In this document: one piece after another, positions 25,341 through 38,575 of the stretch | Position numbering within the stretch: the stretch's first letter is position 1 | Layout of the letters: each line of letters starts with the position of its first letter | Notes under the pieces: model-generated | Told to the model about the DNA's origin: nothing | Databases searched by the model: none | Seen by the model: only the letters and a program-made list of their open reading frames with translations | Assembly (NCBI GenBank): GCA_964106645.2 | Contig: OZ067039.1 | DNA: 64,000 nt | From: Podarcis pityusensis | Lineage: Eukaryota | Reading direction: 5' to 3' (one strand) | Made by a program: the position numbers and the translations under genes

Positions 25341-26815
25341 GTAAGCAATTTCTGAGTTTCATCTGCCCATCTAGAATTCAAATGATAAAATACTGTACAG
25401 CAAGATATGCATTGCTGTCAGTGTGGTTGCCACTGGGTTGAACTGTAAGTAATCTCTGTCTAATCTGGGTTTTCTGGCTTCCCAATAATGTACTTAGCTT
25501 TTAAATCAGAAAATCTGCTATGCTTCCGACCTTAATACTTGTCAGGAAAGCATACAAGTATGAGTCTAGATGTGCATATGCTTCCCCACTGTGTCTGCAT
25601 AATATACATAAAAGTATGTGAATCAATCAATTACTTTAGTAATCATTTTTCAGAATGCATTGATAAAATGATTGTCTGCAGTGTAATTTTCAAGTTGTCT
25701 ATTTGCTGCAAAGCCCCGTGTGTTTCACATGTATATTGCAGAGTTTCCAAGAGATTTTTCAGTGTAGAAAACGCAAAGCTAATTCTGGGCATCCCACTTC
25801 TTCAGACTTGTAGAATTTGCATATTTTGTTTCTCTAGGCCTATGCTGTTGCTTTTAGAGCTGTAGTTAATAGAATATTTCAGCAGCTTCTGCACTTCCCG
25901 TCCTTGCCACGGACTGCTTGAAAATTGATGAGTCCTGACAGCAGAAGCCCATGCAAGAACTGATGCTTGTGCATTGGGGCTTCCTCCCACTGTGCCTCCC
26001 TAAATTATCTCATGAAGGTGTAGGAAAACCTCCAGAACAGCATGTGGTGGGAGATAAGGAGTACTTGCCCTAATGAAACAATCAACATAGTGCAACATTG
26101 AAATGTTGAGAAATAAAAGTGGCAATAAAAACACAATTAAAAATCAATATGAATACTGAATGCACTGTACGTGCTGTTCACAATTGCTGCTCCTGCTGTT
26201 CTTCATGGCCACACTTGTAGACCACCTGAATGAAGCTTGCAGACCACTGATGGTCTGTGGACCATAGTTTGGGAACCCCCGGAATATGGCATTAAAAATC
26301 TACACTGTGTAAAATGTGCCTTTTATACAAAACTTAGATTTGCAAAGATGTGCATGATTAAAAATCAATTAAATCAGTTTGGTGAAATTTTTCTTCTGAA
26401 TAACTTGAGGGTGGGGGACTGGGTATTTTCAAAATGTGCTAAGATAATATTTCTTCTTAGGATTGACACTCAAATATTGTACAACTTGAGGCCTTGACAT
26501 TTAAAAATGTATGCCATTTGCAATAGTATTAGCATATCACCATAAATCTTCCCTCAATATTGGGAGCAGTAAAGGACTTATATTTCTCTGTTGTTTTGGA
26601 AATGTCCTTTGTAACTAGAGCTGAACATTGAATTACAGTGCCTCATTGTTTCCTTTTTTGAACTGGGGGTACAAATCTGGCTTTTGTTTTGAAATACGTA
26701 AATTGGGCATGGTTAATCTCCCCTGCTCCATAACTTTGCTTTTGTTAGTTGTGAGCAGAGAGGTTTGTATATATTTTTTTGTCAAACCAGTTTTGAAAAC
26801 ATGCTTTCCTTTCAG

Positions 26816-26966
26816 GCAAAAATAAAATGGAGACCTCCGGCTTGCCCAAAGAATGTCTCCTCTACAAAACCCTCCAGGCTCAGATGCTGGATATGCTGGA
26901 TATTGAGGGTGTATATCCTTTGTACAACAGAGTGGAGCAATACTTGGAAGAGTTTCCCAAAGAGAG
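26816..26966 (+). CDS. IPPK: IPPK exon 10 (KNKMETSGLPKECLLYKTLQAQMLDMLDIEGVYPLYNRVEQYLEEFPKER)
   Basis: tttcag acceptor, GAG|GTAAGA donor, 151 nt. Confidence 0.97.
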
Positions 26967-27914
26967 GTAAGATTTCATGGCACCAAACAAGTGGAATGGA
27001 GTAGAGCTTAGTGAAGCTCACTGAGCAATGTGGAAGATTGTTCTCAAAGGCTCATTAAGGTTTCTTTAAAACTCGGAGGGCCTGTTCAGCTATTCTAGGA
27101 TTATCTTCACCATGATACTGGGGATTAGGGCTTGCGGGAAGATGCTGCATTTATTTGACCCTTCAGATCTACCAGTTTAAGAAAACAATGATGTCACTCT
27201 ATGTACAGCTCTGAGTCGTAATATACAGCTTAGCTTAGCGTTTTGAGTAAAGAAGGTGGTCTGTAATATTACAACCTCTGCATAAATCCAGAAGTTATAC
27301 TGCAGAAATTACCCACAGTTCACTGACCCAAATGCCACACTACCAATATTGTTGGCAATTGCCCTTCTTTCATACCACATTGGATAAAGGACTCCTGTCA
27401 CAAAATAGCTTTTTTGACAGTTCTTGTTCTTATTTACACAGCTTTTCTTTAACACAGTAATAGTTATTCATTTTCTGTGTTGGGAAAAGAAAGACAGTAA
27501 TGGGCTGGTTCTTATAAAATGCACACTCCTCCTCTGTTAAGAAGAGGATCTACCAACAATATTGCAGTGTGGCATTTGAGTTAATGACATATGGATTATT
27601 TCTGCAGTTCTGGAATATAACATTTGGACTGATGCAGAGGTTGTAATATTCTTTTCTGCCAATATTGCTTTTGGTTTCAAAGAATATAACATATAGCATA
27701 GTGTTATATGTGAACCAGGAGTGCTGGTTTAAAACAAACAATGGTATCTGATAAACAAGCCAACTTCAAACTGTGGATGGCGTTTTCAACTAACCATTAC
27801 TTATTTTAAACCAGGATTCCTGGTTCACACAACACTAAGCTCAGTTTCTTCGAACCTGAAATTAAACTCAGTGGAAGTGGACATTGTTCAGGTTCACCCA
27901 CACAGCACTACATG

Positions 27915-28042
27915 CAGGCGTGGGGGAACCTGTCTGCTTCCAGACAACTCCCATTATCCCCTGACCATTGGCCACGTTGGCTTGGGGTGATGGGAGTTGG
28001 AAGTTGAACATCATCTGGAGGGCCATAGGTTCCTCACCTCTG
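27915..28042. mobile_element. Short hAT-like MITE common in lizards
   Basis: CAGGCGTGGGGGAACCTGT...AGGTTCCTCACCTCTG inverted ends, palindromic ACAACTCCCAT/ATGGGAGTTG core; related copy at ~44809-44922. Confidence 0.6.
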
Positions 28043-28675
28043 GGGACTAAACCAAAATTTAATGTTAAGTGCAAGCCAGTGGATTCTGCTCACATTAGGA
28101 ATTAAAGAGAGACTTCTGCATTGTTAGAGACTTGCTTTGTTAGGGACTTGCTTCTTTCTAAGTCAGTGTAGACCCAAAAAACAAGAGTGTTGCTAAGTAT
28201 TTATATACTGAATTTCTTATTTCAAAAAGTACACACAAAGTACACACAAATGGACTGACAAGTTGGTCTGGACTATGAAGAGCATCTTGCAGCAGTACAA
28301 AAACACTTTAAAATGGACATGACAGACTAGACAGAACCCTGAACAAAAGCACTTTGCTCTGCAACATTTTTATTTCAGGTTCTATTTCAAAAACAAAAGA
28401 CTAGAATGTTACTTTGGAGATGCCTTGTTTTTGCAATATTAGTTCCATGGCTCATCTCTTGTGATTTTAGACAAAGGTCACTAGAGGGTGCAACAGCCTC
28501 ACTTGTTAAAAACACATTTTTTTTGAGCAGCTAGATGTACGGTAAGAAAACAGCAGCGGAAACAAATTTTGTGCAATTGTTTAATGATACACAAATATAG
28601 TATAATCGGCAATACAGTTATGTAATTCTAGTTTTTGACCTGTTCTCTAATTGGTTTCCCCCCCTGTTTTTTAAG

Positions 28676-28778
28676 GAATGTGCTACAGATAGATGGGCCT
28701 TATAATGAATCATTCTATGAGAAGCTACTAGATATCTCAACTGAAGATGATGGAACAGTAGCATATGCACTGACAAAG
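28676..28778 (+). CDS. IPPK: IPPK exon 11 (NVLQIDGPYNESFYEKLLDISTEDDGTVAYALTK), ends at a GC donor
   Basis: ttttaag acceptor; homology and phase require the AAG|GCAAGG donor; 103 nt. Confidence 0.94.
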
Positions 28779-28821
28779 GCAAGGATCCGAAGTTCCTTCT
28801 TATTAATTATTAGTAGATGCC

Positions 28822-29565
28822 ATTTTCAGATAATTATTATACTCGCATATGTTCTGAACAGTTGTTGAAGACAGAGAGGCTAGGGCCTAGCATAGCAGAA
28901 GATCTACATCTAAGTCCTAATGCCAGCTTCTCTGTTGGGAGGCAGGGGAAGATGGGGTTCCTGCTGCAGGTGACCTCCCTGCCTTCCAGGCCACCTGGTA
29001 CCAACTACCCTGTGAAGAAGATACAAGGAGAGAGACACCAGATGCCTGCTCCAGATGCACGCATTTTGTTTGGCTTTTTACATATCAATTTGCATTTCAT
29101 AAAAGTTGTAAGCTGTTCTGAGGACTCCAGTTGAAAAGGAGGGTATACATCTAGTAAATAAATACAATTCTGAACATAAGGGCAATGTAGGAAAGTTGTG
29201 ATATGCCAGATCAGGCTGTTTGTCCATCTATTCCATTACTGTTTCATCTGACCGGTGGTTTATCTCCACAGTATCAGGCAGGAGTTTTCCCTGTTATCTG
29301 CTACCTTATTCCTTTTATTGAAGATGCCAGGAAATGAACCTGCATCTTTCAGTATGCATAGCATGTGGTCTACCACCAAGTTATGATCTTTCTAGACTGA
29401 ACATAGATTCAGCCTGGTAGTGAGAAGGAACATATCTTTGGAAGCCTCTTTATGAGGCCTCCCTCTCCAGGACTTAGGATGATCCGAGGCAGCAGGTACT
29501 TGTGAAATATAGTTCTCCAAGGCATCTGTGCCTTCTGAAGGCCTTCTGATGGGTAAGGTGTAGTG
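28822..29565 (+). repeat. Donor copy of a ~750-bp local duplication (IPPK intron 11)
   Basis: Near-identical to 39835-40597 in the same orientation. Confidence 0.95.
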
Positions 29566-31315
29566 GTAGCGTTCCAGTTACCAGACAATGATTCACTTGC
29601 TCAGATAACAGTCCAAACTGGAGGAAAACGTCTGAGACAAATCATGCTTAGTTTATAATACAGATGAGGTAATTACAATTTTTGGTGACACCACTAATTA
29701 CTATGCAGATTTTGCTAATGGTACCGTATATTAAGACCAGCTTTGCATGGAAGGCATTGCCTTACTTTGAACCAATTTTAAGTAAAGATAAGAAGCCCCC
29801 CCCAAGGAATTCTTAATGCACTCCCAATTCAGTTTGTATTAGCAATACAAGTCCTTTGCCTCTGTACACTTGGTCAAAGGGAACAGGAAATGGTTTCTTT
29901 CTTTTAGTAAGTAAAATGCTGGTATTAATAGCCACCACCCAATCATTTCACTCTGCATTAGAAGTGGAACAGGGCTTCATCTGACCTTGCCACATATTGG
30001 GGCTGATGCGATTGACGCAACCTGAGTGCTTTCTCCCACATTGCCCCTGGAACCAATGAAGCCATCCACCTATGCTTGAATTCTTTATGTGCTTACGTGA
30101 CTCAGAAGTGATGGATCACAGCATCATTTGTGTGCTATATAAATAGAGACTAACATTCTAATTGGACACTCCTGTGGCAGGAAATGGAAGGCAATTTTGA
30201 GCAATCCCCCACACTACCCCTGCTGTCTCTGCACTACCTCTCACATTGTTCCAGGGAATACTCTGACTCTCCAGAGCTTGTTTTCATTCAGCATAGGATG
30301 CTGCAGGTGGGAGGAATTTGTGTCCAAAATTGCCCCTTCCCCTTGTGTCAGTGGGAGCCTCCAGTTAGCAAAGTTCGGCCAAAGATAAGTCTGGAGCCAG
30401 CACAATGAAACCTAAACATGTTAAAGCTCTAATAAGGCTCCAGGTGTAAGAACTGCTTAATTTTTTTTTTGTTTTATGGCTTGGTTTTATTAGCAGCTTT
30501 GAGGGAAAGTGGTGTATTAATGTTGAGAATAAAACTGTCTGCTGAATGTGTTGGCTGATATTTCTCTGCTGGTTACTAGTGTTGTAGGCTCCAACATGTG
30601 GCTCAGTAGAACAGAGGTAGGGTTGTAATGTTGTCAATTAATTGGTTACTTGACTACTTGGAGTACAGTGAAATATTCCATGAAGTTGATGTACCTATAC
30701 CTGTGTGGCCTACCAGTGGCATAATTTGACAACAGCATGAATACAATCTGATTTTTGCTTGATCAAATTCCCAAACATATATAAATGTACAGGATTGTGT
30801 AGAGGAACATAAGACCCATTCATGTGGGTAAGGGGCAGCCTCTTGCATCCATGCAGAGTTGGTGTCTGACCAGGGGAAGGCTTGCAAGCATAGGTCTCTC
30901 TATATGTATATGTTTCCATGCAGACTGCATGGAAGCTTACACATCGGCTTCATTGGCTTAATGTAGGGGCTAGGGCCAGCAGCATGCCCTGCTTCCTAAT
31001 AACTACTTCCTTGATTCCTCTTCCTTGATTAATACAAGAAAGGGACTCTCTCATACCCCAGATAATATACGGGTACAATCAACAGTGGCCAGCAGCTGTT
31101 TCTGGTATCATATCAACTGGCAAAATTGAAATGGGGGCAGACCCTTGCAGTATTTATCTATGTATACAGGAGGTCAAGATTTATACTCTTGTTTTGCCAC
31201 ACAATACAGACAATAAAGATGTAAGAGGCTGGCTTGCATTTGTGATTGGCTGAGTCACCATTATAATTCTTAAGTAATTGTCTGTTAGATGAGTCCCGTC
31301 TTAATTTTGTTGCAG

Positions 31316-31395
31316 GTTCAGCAGTACAGAGTTGCAATGACAGCAAAGGACTGCTCCATTATGATTGCCCTCTCACCTTGCCAGCAGGATGAATG
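31316..31395 (+). CDS. IPPK: IPPK exon 12 (VQQYRVAMTAKDCSIMIALSPCQQDEC)
   Basis: ttgcag acceptor, ATG|GTAAGA donor, 80 nt, conserved DCSIMI motif. Confidence 0.97.
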
Positions 31396-32717
31396 GTAAG
31401 ATGATCTAGAATGTTATGCATGCTTCTTGGAGGTTCTCTGTCCACACTCTTCAGAATGATCAGTATACATTGAAGTTAACGCTGCTTTGGTTCAAATTTT
31501 ATTGTCCATTGATCATAATTTAAGCTCCAAACCCCATTCAACTAAAAGCATGCAAAAGTGATGATGCCTATGACAGCCTTTATTGAAAACCTAGTAATCT
31601 ATTTTTTAGATTTCTTAATAGTACACATAGCTTGGTCAAGAGGTTCGTGACATATTAGAATGCTTGGGGTGACACCCATATGTACTGGCCGATGGGCACT
31701 TCTTCCCTTGAGGGGAACTCCTTCATTTTGCCCCTTGCTCTGTCAGCATTGGCCAGTCATTGATAAATATGTCTGCTACATTCTAACTCACTTTGCAAAG
31801 TTCTGAATGTCTCTAGAAAGGCTCTGGTTTTAATTTAAAATATAATTATGGTAGTTACATTGAAATTTATATATATTTTCAGTTAGGGAAACAGTTAAAA
31901 CATATAAATAGGGGTTCTTCAACTAAACTTTACCAGCATAGCTTCTGCTCCCTGCTCCTATGCCAGTAAGGGAATAATGGTAAAGTCTTTGTCCCATGAG
32001 GATGGGAGTCTCATATTGTGGTTAGCAACTGCACAGATGATGCACCTTCCAAGGGACTAGCCATTAATGCTGGTTTCTATCTGCAGTGTCGGGCACATAA
32101 ATGTATGGAATACTTGACACATTCCTGTACTGGTATGGTAGCACCAGAATGAATGACTTTACTTACCAGGGAATCTTAGAGAAATGCCTCATGGGACCAC
32201 AGCTGTATTATTTACATATCAGAACAAAATTTGTGTAACAGGACATACTGCTATATTAACTTCTATGCAGATCTTTATTTCTTCAGATTTAAGACCTAAA
32301 TGTCTTGGTTTAGGGAAATGATTACTAATACTATATATTCTCCCTGTGTTATAACTGATGCAATATAATCTGGTGAAAATGGTGACTTAAATTTAAGTAA
32401 GCAGATTGCTAACATCTCAGTGCAGTTCATTTTTATGGCAATGTTGGTGGTATAACAATTTAGGGATGCTTGGCATAAACTGAGGTGGAAAATGATCAAC
32501 ATGATCAACTAAATTTTCATTCCACCACATTTTGGACTGGAAAAGCTGTATCTTATTTAAGACCACAGCTACTTCAAAAATGCAGCATCAGCTGAAGCTG
32601 GTCATGATTAGGTAATGGGTAAACTTTTTCATGTGTAGAAGATTTTTAAAAGTCTATTAATGTCATAATTTTTTCTTGGGGCAAGAAGTAACTTTTCTTT
32701 TTAAATTCAAACTACAG

Positions 32718-32943
32718 TGCAGTGCAGAGGCCACTGGTTTTAACTTCTAAATCAAGATTCACCTTTTCCGTCTCCGTCTTGGACCTAGACCTTAAGCCAT
32801 ATGAAAGCATTCACCATCAGTACAAACTTGATAGGAAGATAGTAAACTTCTATTTGAAGAACACACAGGCCAAAGACGACTCGGTGATGTCAAATCTCTT
32901 GAAAGAAAATGAAGACTGCACACTACTTCTCCATAAAATGTAA
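32718..32943 (+). CDS. IPPK: IPPK exon 13 coding part (AVQRPLVLTSKSRFTFSVSVLDLDLKPYESIHHQYKL...CTLLLHKM*)
   Basis: ctacag acceptor keeps the frame; LDLDLKP motif; TAA stop at 32941-32943. Confidence 0.96.
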
Positions 32944-35795
32944 CTGGCTAAATATTTATCAAACACAGAATGGGAATAATTAAGTTATGTTGGTTTTCTA
33001 TTATTTTCAGTTGTGCTTTAAATTTATCTGCCTTTCAGAAACACAGAATACCACTCAGACTACCTTGAAGGAATGTATTTATGGTAAAAGAGTTAGACAG
33101 ACATATGCACCCTACAGACCCTTAGTAAACTGGTTGCTGGGAAAGTAGTTAAGTTTGAATCAAATGACTACTGTATGAAGCAGAGAAGTGAGTATCTTGA
33201 ATTTAATTCTTCAATGCAGGGAACCAGTGTTCCTATGAGGTTTGCAGATGAAACTTTGCAAACAATAGTATGTGAACTGCTGAATAGCACTTGCTCAAAT
33301 TAATTGTAAAAGTGAACCAGCTCCTATTTAAAGTAGTTATTAAGCTGGAGAGTGGATATATGGTGCTGCCTAGGTTTTCAGCTTGAATCTTAATATTTTT
33401 TAGTCTTGTGACAAAATATGAGTTTGGTTGTTTCCAAAAATGGTATTGTAGTGGCCATTCTAAAAAAGCGATTGGAATACATGCGAGTAAACTTACAAAA
33501 CAAAGGAAACTTAATGGTATAGAGAAAAACAGCCTTATCAAACTAAACCAGCTCATCCTTACTCAAATAGGTGTTGCTTTTAAAAGTTCACTAGAACGAT
33601 TTAATTATGAAGCTCTTTCAAATGGTCCAGTGTTAACACAATTACATTCAATTGTCCCCCCGCCCCCCGATATTTTTAACTCCATGTAAAATAACTATAC
33701 ATGTGCCTCATTTATATACAGAAACCCTCCAGTAAAGCAAGCCATCCTGTGTTTTGCTGCTGTGGGAAGCATTTGTGAAGTTAAAGAGTGGCTTTATTAT
33801 CCCTGCCCATGAGTAATAAGTTTTGTACTTAATATTTTGTTGATTTCCCCCTTCTACATTAAACACCTGCAACTCTCCCAGAGCTGGGTAAAATAAAGTC
33901 ATTGCTAATTGAGATGTTCCTCAAAGTGAACTCTATGAATTTGAAACTTACCTCACATTAGTTATTAGTTAGCAAGGAGCATTTTCTCTAGAAGTGCCTG
34001 TGCATGATTATTACTGTCTCTTACCCTATCTTGCATACAGATAATAGGATATATGCCTCAGGTTTGGCAGGCTGCAGGGCTCATCTGCTCAGACTCTTTT
34101 CCCACTGTGCTGTGCAATGGCAATAGGCTTCTCTTATTGTATAGGAATATTACTGTTCTTATTCTGGCTGCGTGACTTGAGCCTCTGAATTCAAAATGCT
34201 GGAAAGGCAAGTCATGTCATGGGCTTTTTGTAGAACAGGAGAAACTTTCATAGGGGTTGCCAGGGGGCAAGATACTTGAAGTGGGTGAAGGCTATCTGTG
34301 AGAAACCCAGATTTTAAGCTGCTTTAGCCATTCAAAAATTAGTATCGATATTCAACTGTAGGCATTTATGTTCTAACTGACATTTTGTGTGTGTCATCAG
34401 TGATCCAGTTTATTCATTGTCTTTAAGGTACAGTATCTATCCCTAAAAATCTAAAAGAATACTCTTGCCATTACCAATTAAGCTGCTACAGTTAACATTA
34501 AATATAATGGTAACATTTCAAAACTTGTATAATTTGAATACTTGTTCTCATCTTACACAGAACATAATTTTGTTAGTGTCTCTATTCATTCCCATTACTT
34601 CTAAAAACTGTCTTGTGATAGCTGTACAGCTTAATTATAAGATGTGGTTATATAGTTACAGACCTCAATTCACAGGATGTCAAGGAACCCAACTGCAGGT
34701 TAAGGCATTTATCTAGAATAAGACTTATAACTAGGTTGAAGTTAGTAAACTGCTATGCCTAATGGTTGGTTACAATCAGTACTTAAATTTGTTAGCTGAC
34801 TGAAGTGTCAGGTAATATCTTATATCAGGTTTCCTCTTGGTATGTAAAGGTTCTGCAAGGAAGACTGTCATTCCCATATTCCTGAAGCAATAAGCAAAAC
34901 AAGGCAATGGCACAAATAGATGTGCAGCAATGCTTATTTGATTTTGCATATTCTGGTCAGAACTAACTGATCAGAAGTAGGTAAAATTCTACATTTATAA
35001 TCTAGGGCCAGGGAGTCAAGTGAGTTAAATTGCTGTTTAAGGGGTTTGCTTGAGGACTAGGTTTCCACCTTTTGAAAACAGCTACAAAGCTTGCTTTTAT
35101 GCAAATACTGTTGCGGCACTCAAAAAGAGCAGGGAGACCTTTGAAATGGTTGTGCTACTTAACTTGGAAAGCAAAAAAACAGCAAGTACATGGGATAAGT
35201 TGTATGTGGGTCAATGATCTTGACCTTGCTATTTTCATTATAAGCAATCCTGGGACTAAAAATAAATAGGTTACATTTTGTAAATTGTAGCTATGCCTTC
35301 TGATCCATTGTAAATTAAAATTTCACAATTCTATTTTATGAAAGGTTTGATAAACCTGGTTTTGCCTTTAATCACTGATTGAGGAAAGAAGCAGTTGCGA
35401 ATACTGAGTGAAGTTTTTTGCATCTTGAAACTTCCTTTCATTTAACTTTTCAGTGTCATTTCTAATCTAAGAATCTGTTACATATACAGCTGTGAACAGA
35501 AACTGTCACTTTTTATAAACTTGAGTTTACCAGGTCGATCTGAAGAGGTTCTAGGAAATGCTATTGAAGGGGGGGGGGGGGGAGAAACCACTTCAATTCA
35601 GAAAGTTAACTTTTTAAAAATAAAATTCACTTATCTATTTGGCATTTTGTATTTAAAATGGCTGTATTTATTTGTCATGATGATTTATATATATATGTGC
35701 CATAATTGTACAGATAGCATGTTTTATGGGTTTGATTTCTAAATGAAAAATAACTTAATGTTTATATTCAATAAACTATAGATGCATATTTTATT
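32944..35795 (+). other. IPPK: Probable long IPPK 3' UTR with candidate poly(A) signals at 33892, 35261, 35619 and 35770
   Basis: AT-rich, repeat-poor sequence after the stop; AATAAA hexamers; TGTA motifs upstream of the distal signal. Confidence 0.6.
35770..35795. terminator. Convergent poly(A) signals: AATAAA (+, 35770-35775, IPPK) and AATAAA (-, 35790-35795, CENPP)
   Basis: Direct sequence: caataaactatagatgcatattttattg. Confidence 0.65.
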
Positions 35796-35805
35796 GTTCT
35801 GGTAT

Positions 35806-35924
35806 TCATTTATCATTGCAAAGTGACTTGATCAGTGTTTCAATGCATGCTTGTATTCCAAGCACATGTAGTAGACTTCTGAAGCAGTACGGAGCATCTG
35901 ATGCAAACTTGTTAGCTTCCACCA
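35806..35924 (-). CDS. CENPP: CENPP last exon (VVEANKFASDAPYCFRSLLHVLGIQACIETLIKSLCNDK*)
   Basis: Minus-strand acceptor ttccctcttacag; phase 1 matches the previous exon; resembles the CENP-P C-terminus (AP.SFR.L...LGIEA..E.LIKSLC). Confidence 0.92.
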
Positions 35925-38146
35925 CTGTAAGAGGGAAAAAAATGGAGTTAACAATTCACTTTAAATACTAATAATGACTTGAAATGGTCTAGCACTGCAA
36001 TTTTGAATGAGGTCCAGAATTTATGCATTCATCTGTATTTAGGAAGAAAATACTTTTTTACATTAGCAGTATACAACCCATTTCTACCTCTGTGTCATTA
36101 GGATTTGTACTGTTTCTCAGGTGTGGATAAGCTAAGCCTGGCTATGTACTTTTAGTTGCCTACTGGATTACCTATAAGGGGCGGTAGATGGTGGGAGTGC
36201 ATTCCTGTTATTTCCCTAGAAGTCTGAAGTTTTTGATTATGCTGGTTATGCTACCCTTTGCAAACTGGGAGATGGGCTTGGAAGGATATTTTGGTTTGGT
36301 GGCTTGGATACTTTCTTGAAGGGAGGCTCCCTAAAGAAAGGGGGGGGGGACACTAGAACTATCAGTTCTACCCCAACTGCATAGGCCTATAGGTACACTA
36401 AATATATATAGTCTGCTCTCAACATCTAGCATGTCTATCACGGTACATATCTTTGTCCTATTCTAAGCTTTGGTAGTTTTAAAGACACTTTGCCTCCACA
36501 CTCAAGAATGTGGCTTGAGTGTAAGATAATAAATAGATGAACTAGGTATGCCATACGAAGTTGCATAGCAGCCTCACAGGGTGAATCAATCCCTGGCTTC
36601 TGTATATTACCCCAGGATGGTTTAAATTTTAATTTCCTGATAATGATTTTCAGCGTAAAGTTTGCAGTCCAAAATCGATGTAGGGGGCATCTAACGGATA
36701 ACTAATAGGATGCATGCCATATCATAATTATCTAATTATAACTTGCCAACTGTTGCAAACATTTAATATTTATAATTTGTATTGCCTCTGTGGCTTTGCC
36801 AAACTGCCTAAGGAGCAACACTGCCAGAATTTTCACAGAAGAAAAAGGAAAATGAGGTGTTGAAGACAGGAAATCTTGGGCATCTGGCTAAAGAAAATGG
36901 TAGTGGCTGAAAATCAGTGGCAGGTCTAAAGAAATTGAGTGGAGAAAAGATGATCTCCCTGTCCCCCCCACTTCTTTTCCATCATTTCCTCACTCCAATG
37001 GGGATGAATGAAACCCATCCCCCCACTGATCTACATGGGCTGTGGGTGCGTGTTCTTGCTTTAGGGTCTGACTCCACCCACAGCTAAAATGCAGCCCCCA
37101 AGAGCTATCCAGCCTGAAAAGGGGTCATAACTTGGTTAGATGCTTGAACGGGCTGCTGCTTAAAACAAGCAAAATTAGGTCAGTTACTTTTTTATAAAAA
37201 TAATAAATGTAAAATGGAAATTGCAAATATTAATAGCCAAGTTGTAATAAGGGGCAACCATAAACTCTTGAAATGTGTGTTCATTATTTGCCGTCTCTGA
37301 AATTTCTTGTCAGATTGGCTAGCCTCTGTGTCACAGAGATTCCACTCCTTCAATACAGGAGATTTATAATTAATATTTTTGCTCTTCTGGATAAATGCCA
37401 AACAAACTTGATGTTTAGTTCACACTACTCAATACCAATATTCAAGCATTTCTACATTTGGGGACAATTCAAACAAAATATGGAGAAAATCAGCTATTGG
37501 TTGAAAGTAATTAAACCCTGTAGGTCTTGAATTTCTGTTTATGTAGGAAGTTTGGCAAGATGAAGAGAGCCTATACTGAGTGAATTGAAAACTTGCAACC
37601 CAGTATCTCTCCCCCCCCCCCATTAGTTGTAAGTTGATAGGTAATGAATGGGACAATTATCCTTTACAATTCTTTACTAAAAATCAGACTTTCAAAAGGG
37701 GTTTCAGGTCCCCAGCCTTACATTCTCAGTTGAAAATACTGAAACTGAGAGAAGTAAACTGGTTATTTGGTGGCTTAAAGAATTTCCTTCTTGGACTACC
37801 TCCCTAAACTGTGTAGTATTATAGTGGATCCAGTGGAGATTACTCCCCTTAAACAAGAAAGTCACAAATGAAGCAGTAGTCAAGGCTTCATGCGTACTAC
37901 TATCACAGCTGTATTTTGATCTGATAGCCTACAGGGAATAACAAGGGCCAAGAAGCGGGAGGAAAGTAGCTGAACATCACATACCAACTGAACTAGCCAG
38001 CAAAGTCTTTGTAGGCATTTAATAAACAGATGCGGATTTTGTTGAACTACATATTATATGCAAGTGTGACATACTAAACCCATTGGGGGCTTCATTAAAC
38101 TAAACTGATTATCTCAGCAAGCTGCAGCTTGGGGCAGAGAAGCAGG

Positions 38147-38150
<4 letters not shown>

Positions 38151-38193
<43 letters not shown>

Positions 38194-38210
38194 TGTGTTT
38201 GTGTGTGTGT
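38151..38210. repeat. (GT)n microsatellite
   Basis: Direct. Confidence 0.95.
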
Positions 38211-38483
38211 CTCCAATATGCTTTTTCTTTGCAGAGAAAAGGCTAAATAAGTTGCTTTCTATTTAAAACAAAGCGAACGAGGACTTTATTCTTGTTATTA
38301 ATATGTATTGTGTAGTTTGTCTTTAAGTGCTGCCAAAAGAATACTGTTATCAAGACAATGAATGTTTTGCAGGATGTACTTTCAGGAATGCAAAGCAAGA
38401 AGACTTTCAGAGAGAGAATGAAGCTGGAATTAAATGGTTGGAACAAGGAAAGAAATACTTTATACAGTACTGTGTAGGCATAC

Positions 38484-38575
38484 CTGACATTGGTATTTTG
38501 TGGAGGAGATCCAAGACTGGTGTAACTTTTCCTTCTTCATCTACATATATCTTCCAAACAATCATTAACTCAAGT
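38484..38575 (-). CDS. CENPP: CENPP penultimate exon (LELMIVWKIYVDEEGKVTPVLDLLHKIPMS)
   Basis: 92 nt, tatag acceptor and gtatgc donor on minus; matches CENP-P ELVIVWRIQIDEDGKV.P.LDLL.K.P. Confidence 0.94.

Larger units (their letters stand above)
5458..32943 (+). other. IPPK: IPPK gene body (ATG to stop), 13 coding exons, 488-aa inositol-pentakisphosphate 2-kinase
   Basis: Exons spliced by hand: 81+48+96+67+113+90+59+73+280+151+103+80+226=1467 nt with consistent phases. The product matches vertebrate IP5 2-kinase motifs (YHGEGNKSLV, CVEIKPKCGF, CRYCMHQ, YCPLDL, AKDCSIMI, LDLDLKP). Confidence 0.98.

Noticed and set aside
28817-29134. ORF pair sharing LKTERLGPSIAEDLHLSPNASFSVGRQGKMGFLLQ (also 39875-40117), looking like a duplicated small gene
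   Set aside because: By-product of the DNA duplication; the copies differ by frameshifting indels and the sequence is repeat-derived.
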